This document shows positions 1 to 7,789 of a stretch of 64,000 nt of DNA, one piece after another (position 1 is the stretch's first letter; the number at the start of each line of letters is the position of its first letter). The notes under the pieces were generated by a model that saw only the letters and a list, made by a program, of their open reading frames with translations, was not told where the DNA came from and ran no database searches. Both the position numbers and the translations under genes were made by a program. Location of the stretch: positions 1 through 64,000 of IMG/VR virus record IMGVR_UViG_3300014205_000200. One strand, given 5' to 3'. Origin of the DNA: a virus. Lineage: Duplodnaviria > Caudoviricetes.

Positions 1-1
1 C

Positions 2-655
2 AACCTGGTCTCCGGTGAGGTCGAGACCCCCAGCACGTTCTACTACCTGTACCTGCGACCGGCGGTTTCGCCGTCGACGCGGACGCGAGGGACGGTCCGT
101 CACTACGTGCTGCGACTCAGCAGCGTGGCGCCGTCGGCGATCGGCAACTTCCCGGCGCCCGAAACCGGCTTCTTCTCGTTCGAGTACATCTACGTCGGAT
201 GCTTCTACAACGACGCCGCTGGCGACATCCGAGCTTTCCGCCGGGTGGGGGGTCGAACCATCCTGTTGAACGCCCTCAACTCCGTCTCGGCGGCGGCGGT
301 TCCGACGTTGCCGACTCGGCTGCAGCTGCCCTTCAACCTCCCGCTCACGAGCCGGATCGCCAGCGTGATCATCAACCCGGCGATGTTCAGCGGGGCGGCC
401 GGGGCGGCGGAGGGCGACATTGAGGTCTTCCAGGACAACGCGACGCCCGGCTACACGGCCCGGTGGCGGGACCGTTTCATCGCTGGCGGCGTCAGTGAGG
501 AGAGCTGGCAGACGATCGCGATCGACATCCCGACCACCCAGCCGTCCGGCCTACCGGGTGACTGCGAGGCTCGGGTCGGCCAAACCAACCTGACCAACGC
601 GACCTTCAATATCGACGTTTGGCAGACCGGGTGGGTCGAGCAGCTGTCGGTCTAG
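2..655 (+). CDS. 5'-truncated beta-rich virion/tail-associated protein (hypothetical)
   Basis: Frame of ORF 107..655 is open from position 2; lies just upstream of the lysis cassette; no catalytic motif recognised. Confidence 0.45.
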   Translation, partial: NLVSGEVETPSTFYYLYLRPAVSPSTRTRGTVRHYVLRLSSVAPSAIGNFPAPETGFFSFEYIYVGCFYNDAAGDIRAFRRVGGRTILLNALNSVSAAAVPTLPTRLQLPFNLPLTSRIASVIINPAMFSGAAGAAEGDIEVFQDNATPGYTARWRDRFIAGGVSEESWQTIAIDIPTTQPSGLPGDCEARVGQTNLTNATFNIDVWQTGWVEQLSV

Positions 656-696
656 AGCACTTGCGGTCTAGGGGTGCGGACCGGTAGAAACGGGCC

Positions 697-1215
697 ATGA
701 CGAAGTCCGCACTCACCGGCAAGACCCTCCGAGGCAAGATCGATTTCGCGGCTGCGCAGGAGGGCCGGTTGGCGCTCAACCAGCTGGGAAGTTGGAACCC
801 CGACCAGGACGACTACCAGGTCCAGGTCGCGATCCTTCGGCGTCAATTTTGGAACGTCTTGGTGGCGGTCGTGGCGGACTCGACCGACTACTTCATCACG
901 GCGTTGAACCAGACCTTCCGGATCACTTCCGGCATCGGCGCGACCGCGACCACGATCCGCGACCAGCTGATTGCCCGGATCGACGCCGGCTCGCCGACCA
1001 ACCGGCTCGACGCCGCCCTGGTGGACGCCGACGAACTTTCGATCCTCGGTCTCGACGGTGGCGCCGATCTGGCGGTCGTCGGTTCGGCCAACCTGACGGT
1101 CACGTTCGGCATGGAGGCGCTCCCCAACTGGGGGGCGTTCAAGGTCGGCGGTGAAGTGGTGGTCCGAACCGCCGCTGCCTTCAGCGGATCATTCGACGTC
1201 ATCGCTCAGGGTTGA
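697..1215 (+). CDS. hypothetical structural protein
   Basis: 172 aa with coherent composition; Thr/Ala/Gly-rich segment (YFITALNQTFRITSGIGATATTIRDQLIARID) typical of virion proteins. Confidence 0.45.
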   Translation: MTKSALTGKTLRGKIDFAAAQEGRLALNQLGSWNPDQDDYQVQVAILRRQFWNVLVAVVADSTDYFITALNQTFRITSGIGATATTIRDQLIARIDAGSPTNRLDAALVDADELSILGLDGGADLAVVGSANLTVTFGMEALPNWGAFKVGGEVVVRTAAAFSGSFDVIAQG

Positions 1216-1248
1216 TGTCGGGGGGCCCGGTCCTCTACTGTCCCGCAT

Positions 1249-1899
1249 GTGGACGGTTGGTTGGTCGAGCCTGAGTTTCGCAAGCTGACGCCGGACCGGT
1301 ACCACCCCGGCAACCGGCCCGACCGCATCCTCCCGATCGAAGCCTTCGTCATCCACTACACGGCAGCGACCAGAATCCAGCCAGTCCTCAACTGGCTGAC
1401 CAGCCGGGACGAGGTCTACGTCAGCGCCCACTTCGTCATCGACCGCGACGGCACCACCTACCAGCTGGTCCCGACGGACGAGAGGGCGATTCACGCCGGG
1501 GGGCCGACGAGCCGGCTGTACGGGCGCCCCAACGTGAACGGTCGGACGATCGGGATCGAGCTGATGAACGTCGGCTACCTGGTCGAGCGGGCGGACGGCA
1601 CCTACCTGACGGCCCTCGGCACGCCCTACAGCGGTCTCGTCCACACGACCACCCGTCCGCCGCTCCATCCCGTCACGGCCCGTCCTGGGCCATCCAGGCA
1701 CTGGGAGCCCTATCCCGAGGCCCAGCTGGTCGCCTTGGTGGACCTGACCCGTCGCCTGTTTGCTGTTTTCCCGGACGTCCACGCTGACGTCGAGCGCCGG
1801 TTGGTGGGTCATGATGAAGTCGACCCTGGCCGGAAGTGGGACCCGGGCCCTCTATTTCCCTGGTCTGACTACCGGGCTCGCGTTTTGGAGGTCCGATGA
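1249..1899 (+). CDS. endolysin, N-acetylmuramoyl-L-alanine amidase (Amidase_2)
   Basis: IHYTA, SAHFVI, HAG, NGRTIGIE and GHDEV..RKWDPG zinc-amidase motifs; TACTGT 7 nt before the GTG. Confidence 0.92.
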   Translation: MDGWLVEPEFRKLTPDRYHPGNRPDRILPIEAFVIHYTAATRIQPVLNWLTSRDEVYVSAHFVIDRDGTTYQLVPTDERAIHAGGPTSRLYGRPNVNGRTIGIELMNVGYLVERADGTYLTALGTPYSGLVHTTTRPPLHPVTARPGPSRHWEPYPEAQLVALVDLTRRLFAVFPDVHADVERRLVGHDEVDPGRKWDPGPLFPWSDYRARVLEVR

Positions 1900-2315
1900 G
1901 CGGTTGGATCGAAGACCTGTTGAAAGACCGCTACGTCTGGATGACGACCTTCCTGATCTTCGGGCTCCTGCGAGCGTTCGGTCAGCTGGAGGAGCGGACG
2001 TTGCGGACCGACCGGCGAAGGTGGGTTCGGACCGTGGCGGCCCTGTACCGCCGGGTGTTGCCAGTGCTTCCGGAATTCATCGGCACGTTGGCGGTTCTTA
2101 GTGGGACGATCCCTCAGTTCGACCACGACCCGTTCGTGGTTAAGATCTCCATCGGGGTCTTCTGCGGCTACCTGTCCCAGCGGATCCACAAAGTGATCGG
2201 ACAAACGATCCTCGGCGACGACCGAGGTGCTCAACTTCCCACCCGAGTCCGGGTGGAGGCCGATACGGAGCCGACGATCATCGACTCCGGTTCAGAGGAG
2301 GAACGTGATGCTTGA
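1896..2315 (+). CDS. putative holin
   Basis: Overlaps the endolysin stop (ATGA); 2-3 hydrophobic segments and a charged C-terminus. Confidence 0.55.
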   Translation: MSGWIEDLLKDRYVWMTTFLIFGLLRAFGQLEERTLRTDRRRWVRTVAALYRRVLPVLPEFIGTLAVLSGTIPQFDHDPFVVKISIGVFCGYLSQRIHKVIGQTILGDDRGAQLPTRVRVEADTEPTIIDSGSEEERDA

Positions 2316-2688
2316 AAAAATCAGGAATTCGGCAACTTGGAAGTGGACCAAGTGGCTGGTTCTTTCGGCGATCGCAGTCGGGTCGGCGCTGTTGATGTTC
2401 CTCTACGGGAAGAAGACCACCAGCGGCCTGATGCGGTTGGTGGCGGCCCACAACGCCAAGGGGCAGTTGCTCAACACCATGATCGCAGCCCAGCAAAAGA
2501 AGGCGGGTGCGTCTGAGGACGACAAGCAGCGAGTCCAACACCTGAATCGAGCCGACACGCTGAAGATCCAGCAGGCCGACGTGGAGAAGGAGCGCTTGCG
2601 GCTCCTCAGCGAATCGGGCGATCTTGTCCCCGATGCTGACGTTTCCTTGGCTGTGGCTGACAATCGGCGTGCTCGCCGGGCAGGTTGA
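2308..2688 (+). CDS. membrane-anchored coiled-coil protein (spanin-like candidate)
   Basis: N-terminal TM (WLVLSAIAVGSALLMFLYG) followed by a Q/K/E-rich helix; within lysis cassette. Confidence 0.45.
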   Translation: MLEKIRNSATWKWTKWLVLSAIAVGSALLMFLYGKKTTSGLMRLVAAHNAKGQLLNTMIAAQQKKAGASEDDKQRVQHLNRADTLKIQQADVEKERLRLLSESGDLVPDADVSLAVADNRRARRAG

Positions 2689-3148
2689 GCCCGGGCCCTC
2701 AATAGATTGCCGGGTTCAAGCCGGAGGGACTTGGAACACCGGGCCGGCCGACGTCTCGGCTGTCCGGTGCGCCGGTGTGGACGGGTTCTTCGTGCCGTCC
2801 GCCGTCTACCGGGAGCTTCGCCGCCCCCAAGACTCTAAGGTCTATCGGCTACTCGAGCGCGAGCTGGAGCTGTCGAAGCAGGAAACCGAGAGCGTTCGCC
2901 GGGCCGAGCAGGCGGCCAACCGGGTGGCGAACGCCAACCAGGCGGCGGCTGACCTGTGCTTCGCCGGTTGGAAGGACGCGGTAACCGGGCTCGAGTTGGG
3001 TTACCGGAACGTCGTCAAGACGCAAGAGCTACTGGCGGAGGAGCGTCTCCAGGCGGCCAGCCGGCCCTGGTACGAGTCTCCGGTGCTGTGGTTGGTGATG
3101 GGAGCGGCGGCGGTGATCGGCGGGGCGGCGGCGCTAAAGGGGCTCTGA
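2624..3148 (+). CDS. secreted/membrane coiled-coil protein (spanin-like candidate); start uncertain
   Basis: Coiled coil plus C-terminal TM (PWYESPVLWLVMGAAAVIGGAAAL); last gene of the lysis cassette. Confidence 0.45.
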   Translation: MSPMLTFPWLWLTIGVLAGQVEPGPSIDCRVQAGGTWNTGPADVSAVRCAGVDGFFVPSAVYRELRRPQDSKVYRLLERELELSKQETESVRRAEQAANRVANANQAAADLCFAGWKDAVTGLELGYRNVVKTQELLAEERLQAASRPWYESPVLWLVMGAAAVIGGAAALKGL

Positions 3149-3538
3149 CGGGTCTTCGCCGTCGAGCCGCTCGTTCATGGCGTCGATTGCACCGTCGAAC
3201 GCTTCGAGCTTCTGGCTCATCAGCTGGAGCGCGCCATCTAGGTCGGGCGGCATCGGATCAAGAGTCGTCTTGGTGGGGCCGATCTTCATCTTCAGCCGAC
3301 CCGGTTCGCCGTCGGTCTCGATCGGGTTGGCGTCGAAGTGGTCTCGGATCTTCCGAGCGAAGACGCCCCCGGGCGACGTCGACGTCGACAATTCTTGGTA
3401 GAGATCCGGCGGGACGTTCCGGTAGAGCCACCGCTTGCCGTTTTTGAATTCGACGTAGAGGTTCCGGGCCTCCGGCGCATAGCCGATCCGGGCCAGGTTC
3501 GAGCTGACGACGTCGATCATCACGACTGAAGGATTCAT
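3134..3538 (-). CDS. KTSC domain protein
   Basis: VSSNLARIGY...LYVEFKNGKRWLYRNVP...L..S.S.G..F...IRDHF matches the KTSC pattern. Confidence 0.88.
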   Translation of the reverse strand: MNPSVVMIDVVSSNLARIGYAPEARNLYVEFKNGKRWLYRNVPPDLYQELSTSTSPGGVFARKIRDHFDANPIETDGEPGRLKMKIGPTKTTLDPMPPDLDGALQLMSQKLEAFDGAIDAMNERLDGEDPSEPL

Positions 3539-4317
3539 CGTTCCACCTCCAACGTCACCGTCCGGACGTTGGTCCCGCTGGCGGCAAAGGTGCCCTCGGG
3601 GTTCTCGGAGAATCGACCGCCGATCGCCCGGACGGTCTCACGAAAGTTCACCGCCTTCGCGTTGCTTCGAAATTGAGTGCCGGCCGACATGACGCTCACC
3701 AACGGAATGGGAGCGCTCTTCATGCAATTCATCAGCCACATCGCCCGTTCGACATGGTCGATGTCCTGCTGGCCCGAGAACGGAGGGTTCATCAAGATGG
3801 CGTCGAACACGTAGGCGCGGAAGTCGAGACCGCGGTCCAAGAAGTCGGCGCCCAAGAAGACCGCCCTGGGGAAGACCGTCTTCAGATGGGCTTGATTTGA
3901 AGGGTCGGCCTCGCAGTAGAAGATCTGGAGGTCGGGTTGGGCGTACAAAGCGTTTCGGATGAGCGCCCCCCGGCCGGCCGAGGGTTCGAGTAGTCGATCG
4001 CCAGGCTTCAGGTTCAGCTTCTCGACCAGAACAGCCGCGAACGGTTCGGGCGTCTCGAAGAAGTTGAAGTGCTTCTTCAGGTCGACGAAGGCCCCGGTGT
4101 TGATCACCCCTTCGAGCCGCTCGGCGACGTCCTGCTCGTGGAAGACGTGACCCGCTACCTTGCGCGACCACTTGCCCCCCAACGCCTCCAAGACGGTGTT
4201 GACCTTGGAGTAAAGCTTCCGGTCCAGCTGCTGGCCGATCCGAACCGTCGTGCCGTCGACCTTCATACCGGCCAGGACTTCGAGAACCTCGCCGGGGATC
4301 TGAACCTCCCCCCTCAT
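3535..4317 (-). CDS. class I SAM-dependent N6-adenine/N4-cytosine-type DNA methyltransferase
   Basis: LLEPSAGRGAL (motif I) and ILMNPPF (motif IV). Confidence 0.85.
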   Translation of the reverse strand: MRGEVQIPGEVLEVLAGMKVDGTTVRIGQQLDRKLYSKVNTVLEALGGKWSRKVAGHVFHEQDVAERLEGVINTGAFVDLKKHFNFFETPEPFAAVLVEKLNLKPGDRLLEPSAGRGALIRNALYAQPDLQIFYCEADPSNQAHLKTVFPRAVFLGADFLDRGLDFRAYVFDAILMNPPFSGQQDIDHVERAMWLMNCMKSAPIPLVSVMSAGTQFRSNAKAVNFRETVRAIGGRFSENPEGTFAASGTNVRTVTLEVER

Positions 4318-4568
4318 TCGGCGCCTTCTTTCACGGCCCGACGGATCCTGGTGAAGCCGGTCGTGGCGATCGACAGGTTCGCCCGCATGACGGCGTCCTG
4401 AATGTGGCGGATCGCGATCGTCTGGTCGGGTCCGTCGGGCGTGTTGGCCACCACCACCTTGGCGAACTCCTTCGCGGCGTTGCGGATGGCCTCGTAGAGG
4501 GCCGGCTGGTCGGCCTTCGGGGCGTGGTAGGTGAAGAGGTTTTCGAGATCGAGTTTCGGGAAAGCCAT
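4314..4568 (-). CDS. small helical hairpin protein resembling the Tad1/Acb2 hairpin family
   Basis: LENLFTYHAP...YEAIRNAAKEFA...P...QTIAIRHIQDAVMRANLSIA; ATG at 4568 inside the longer ORF 4314..5009. Confidence 0.6.
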   Translation of the reverse strand: MAFPKLDLENLFTYHAPKADQPALYEAIRNAAKEFAKVVVANTPDGPDQTIAIRHIQDAVMRANLSIATTGFTRIRRAVKEGAE

Positions 4569-4699
4569 GGCGTGTTTGTCCTTAGGAGCGACCCGGGCGG
4601 CCGGCCAGTATGGGGCACCGGCCAGCCACCCGGATCGAAAAGAACCTTCGGACACCACCTGGGGGGACCAGATCGGCGGTCGTCGGGTTCGTGTGGGGA

Positions 4700-5269
4700 C
4701 TATCTTCCCCTGAGCTGGCGGAGGAAGTGCAGACGGGGGGTCGGTTTGGCGCCCTCGGCGAAGTGCCGGGCCTGGAGGGTCCGGGATCCGAAGAGCTTCG
4801 CCTTCCCTTCGGTCAGCTGGCCGAAGTCGGCCAACGTCCATCGGACCAGCCGTTGGGCTTCCCCCGGATCGAACGGGCTCCCGGCCGCCAGATCGATCGT
4901 CGAGTCTTGGCTGTCGGGCGTCGATTCGACCAACCGCCAGCGGCAGTAGAGCGGCTGCTCCTCCCAGACGCCGAGGAACCGGACCTCGTCGCCCCAGCAG
5001 AACGGCCACTCGCGATCGGCCACCTGGCTGTCGGGCTCGGGGCCGTTCTCATCGCGGACGCTCGGGTCCCAGCTGATCCACGGGCCGTCAGACCGCTGCC
5101 AGAACACCATCGGCCCCATCCCGCACAGCAGACCGATCGGCCGAGCGGCCTTCAGGAGGGCCCGGCTGGCCGCCAACGGGACGTCTCGGTAGAGGACCCC
5201 CCGACGGATCCGGAAGAGCGTCCGCTCGTCCCAGTCGGCCGGTTCGTCGATCAGCCGATCGGGTCTCAT
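4700..5269 (-). CDS. hypothetical protein
   Basis: 189 aa ORF in a tightly packed leftward operon, overlaps the resolvase stop. Confidence 0.6.
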   Translation of the reverse strand: MRPDRLIDEPADWDERTLFRIRRGVLYRDVPLAASRALLKAARPIGLLCGMGPMVFWQRSDGPWISWDPSVRDENGPEPDSQVADREWPFCWGDEVRFLGVWEEQPLYCRWRLVESTPDSQDSTIDLAAGSPFDPGEAQRLVRWTLADFGQLTEGKAKLFGSRTLQARHFAEGAKPTPRLHFLRQLRGR

Positions 5270-5865
5270 CGGGGAGGACGCTTCACACGCGCGGCCACGC
5301 TCAGGCGCGCCTCCGTGTGGGGCACGTACGGGCTCGTGACGCCGGCCAGCGCCCGGCCGATCTCCAACAGGCCGAAGGCGTCGACGACGTCGTCGTTGTC
5401 GATGTCGAGATCGGGGTGCAGTCGGGCGACGGCCGCCACCATTCGGGCCTTGGAGGCGTTGCCCTGGCCGGAGAGAAACTTCTTCAGCGTGGTGGGCGCC
5501 ACCTCGACGAACTCGGCGTCGGGGAAGTGGGCCAGCAGGGCCGACCGATAGACGCCCCCCAGTTCACCCAGCGAGGGGCCGCCCTTCGAGAAGGCGTACT
5601 GCTCGATGGCGATCAACGGCGAAGGGGTGCCGAGCGTCCGGACTTGCTCGACGACGAACCGGGCGATGGCGTCCCAACGGGCGAACCGCGGGCGGACGAA
5701 CGCGCCCTCGGGTGGTGCGCTGGTTTTCAGTAGCTCGATCGAGACTGGGCCACTTTCGAGCGCGAGCGCGACCGCGAATCCCGCCATCGAGGGATCGATC
5801 CCGACGAACCCCCGAGAACGCGCGTTCTCGGGCGCAACCCTTCGGACTCGGCGGATCTGCTTCAT
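5266..5865 (-). CDS. ruvC: RuvC-like Holliday junction resolvase
   Basis: FVGIDPS, IAIEQY, PTTLKKF.SGQGNASK, NDDVVDAFG; probable start MKQIRR at 5865. Confidence 0.85.
   Translation of the reverse strand: MKQIRRVRRVAPENARSRGFVGIDPSMAGFAVALALESGPVSIELLKTSAPPEGAFVRPRFARWDAIARFVVEQVRTLGTPSPLIAIEQYAFSKGGPSLGELGGVYRSALLAHFPDAEFVEVAPTTLKKFLSGQGNASKARMVAAVARLHPDLDIDNDDVVDAFGLLEIGRALAGVTSPYVPHTEARLSVAARVKRPPR
5814..5829. repeat. 16-bp palindrome GAGAACGCGCGTTCTC, copy 1 (inside the ruvC-like gene, encodes ENARS)
   Basis: Exact; extends to a 22-bp palindrome 5811-5832. Confidence 0.95.
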
Positions 5866-6425
5866 ATCATCCTCGCCGACACCACTCGGGCGACGGCCTC
5901 GACCAGGGCTTCTCGGTAGTAGGGGTCCAGCGCGTCGTCGTCCCACTCGACCACCCCGGGGAGGATCTCGGCCAGTTCACGGTTGATCGATTGGGCGACC
6001 CAAACCGGATCGGCCAGCAGATCGGCCTTCAGGGTCGACGGGTCGACATCGGAATGGAGCGGACAGGCCTCGTAGCGGACGCATTTCGGGCACGCCATCT
6101 TGTTATGGGCCCTGCACCGGCAACCGCACTCTAGCTCGGCGTACTGGTAGGCGGCCGTCGCCGCCTGGTGGGCCGCCTCCGCCCGGGCCTGGTCGAGCAC
6201 CTCCATCGCCGCCGCCACGAAGATGTCCGGGTCGGGCCGGGGGGTGGCGATCCACAAGATGCCGCGACGGGGGCGCGTCTGGTCCTCGCGTAGCTGACTC
6301 GCCATCTCGTCGAAGATGGCCTTCAGCTGGCCTTCCGCGTCGGTTCGACTTTCGTTGGGATCGGGCCGACCCAGTCGGGCTAGTCGCTCCAACCCTCGCT
6401 TCAGGAAGTCCTTCATGCGCGCCAC
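5862..6425 (-). CDS. hypothetical protein with Cys cluster
   Basis: CGCRC..H...CPKC...CPLH; operonic overlaps on both sides. Confidence 0.55.
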   Translation of the reverse strand: MARMKDFLKRGLERLARLGRPDPNESRTDAEGQLKAIFDEMASQLREDQTRPRRGILWIATPRPDPDIFVAAAMEVLDQARAEAAHQAATAAYQYAELECGCRCRAHNKMACPKCVRYEACPLHSDVDPSTLKADLLADPVWVAQSINRELAEILPGVVEWDDDALDPYYREALVEAVARVVSARMI

Positions 6426-7321
6426 GTACCATCTCGGGGCCCGGCGGCGAACAGGATCTCGCCCCGGTACCCGCGGTGCTCGCTGCCGGCCGCCACCCGC
6501 CGGTGGGCCTGGATGGTCTGGATATAGGCGCCGGGGAGCTGCTCCTCCGCCACCATGGCCCAGAGGGTCGACAGGGCCTGAATGTGGCTGCTGGTCGACA
6601 GCACGACCCGGCTGCCGTTTCGGACCGCCTGTTCGACCAACACCATCATGTCGATGAAGTCACCAGCCCGGAACGGCTCGGACGTGTAGCTGACGAACCC
6701 GCTCGACGTCTCCGACAGGTAGGGGGGGTCGAGGTAGAGGGCCGATCGCCGGCTGGGCGATCGGATGGCGGGTCCGATCGTCTGGCTGAAGTCCCCGTAG
6801 TGGACCGACGCCCGGCATTTCTTGAAGAGCCGGCTCGCCTCCTTGATCGGCTCGGGGTCGGGGTGCCAGGCGGCCAGTCGGGCGCCATCCGGCGGAGCGT
6901 TCATGTCGCCCGCGCGGTTGACCCGCCAGAGTCCGTTGAATGCCGTCTGGTTTAGGAACAGGAATAGGGCGGCCAGCCGGGGCGGGTCGGCCTTCTCGCG
7001 GATGCGCGTGCGGGCCAGCGCGTAGAAGGCGGCGGCCCGGGGGGCGTTAAGCCGGATCCGGTTCAGCTCCCGATTGATGTCCGCCAGCGCGCTGATGACC
7101 CCGTGCGGGTCGTCTCGGACCGCCTCGATCGTCTGGGCGACGTCCGGATTGCCGTCGCCCAAGACGGCCTGCTCGATCCGACCCGTCTCGGCCAGCGCCA
7201 AGAAGACGGCGCCGCTCCCGAAGAAGGGCTCGTAGTAGGTGTCGATCTTCTCCGGCATCAACGCGATGATGTGGTCCGTCAGGCCGGCTTTGGATCCGAG
7301 CCATCGAAAGAAGGGCTTCAC
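6413..7321 (-). CDS. Dam-family (D12 class) N6-adenine DNA methyltransferase
   Basis: KPFFRWLGSK, YYEPFFGSGAV, NQTAFNGLWRVNRAG, YLDPPY; GTG start at 7321 is 7 nt after GAAGAT. Confidence 0.92.
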   Translation of the reverse strand: MKPFFRWLGSKAGLTDHIIALMPEKIDTYYEPFFGSGAVFLALAETGRIEQAVLGDGNPDVAQTIEAVRDDPHGVISALADINRELNRIRLNAPRAAAFYALARTRIREKADPPRLAALFLFLNQTAFNGLWRVNRAGDMNAPPDGARLAAWHPDPEPIKEASRLFKKCRASVHYGDFSQTIGPAIRSPSRRSALYLDPPYLSETSSGFVSYTSEPFRAGDFIDMMVLVEQAVRNGSRVVLSTSSHIQALSTLWAMVAEEQLPGAYIQTIQAHRRVAAGSEHRGYRGEILFAAGPRDGTWRA

Positions 7322-7358
7322 GGCCCCCATCTTCCCCCGAGGACGGTGAAGATTCCAA

Positions 7359-7396
7359 ATTTCGGTTTTACCTTGGTCCGCCCGAGGGATTATAAA
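7359..7396 (+). promoter_or_regulatory. putative rightward sigma70-type promoter in the divergent intergenic region
   Basis: ATTTCGGTTTTACC (also found in the early modules), then 17-18 bp, then T(T)ATAAA, 6 nt before ATG 7403. Confidence 0.55.
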
Positions 7397-7402
7397 GGCT
7401 GC

Positions 7403-7789
7403 ATGGCGATCCAAAACAGCGAGCTAGATGCCCGGATGGCGGCCGAGGGCTTTTTGAACCTACGAGCTATCCAGCTCGCGACCGGGTTGAAGCCGTCCAC
7501 GATCAGGCGAGCGGCCGAGAAGGGCGACCTGACGCCACGGCGCGAGGGCGCCTGGGTCTACTACCTGGCCGAGCAGGTCGTCTTCTGGATGGGCCCGTTG
7601 GCCGGTCCCGAGTACGCGCCCAAGCTGGGCGTCACGGTCGCCCGGGCGCACGAGCTGCTGGCCAGCTGGAAGCCCCGACCCCGCAAAGCGGGCCGGCCTC
7701 GGGCGGTCGAACGGTTGGTCGGTCGGCGACGACGGCGCGTCCGGGAAGATGTCGTCGATGCGAATCGTCCCGATCAAAATCCGAAGTGA
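7403..7789 (+). CDS. small excisionase/MerR-like HTH DNA-binding protein
   Basis: FLNLRAIQLATGLKPSTIRRAAEKGDL...WVYY pattern; ATG 7403 in frame with ORF 7103..7789. Confidence 0.65.
   Translation: MAIQNSELDARMAAEGFLNLRAIQLATGLKPSTIRRAAEKGDLTPRREGAWVYYLAEQVVFWMGPLAGPEYAPKLGVTVARAHELLASWKPRPRKAGRPRAVERLVGRRRRRVREDVVDANRPDQNPK

Noticed and set aside
4314-5009. 231-aa version of the Tad1/Acb2-like ORF
   Set aside because: The upstream 147 codons overlap ORF 4700..5269 and are low-complexity; the family-like sequence starts at ATG 4568 with AGG upstream
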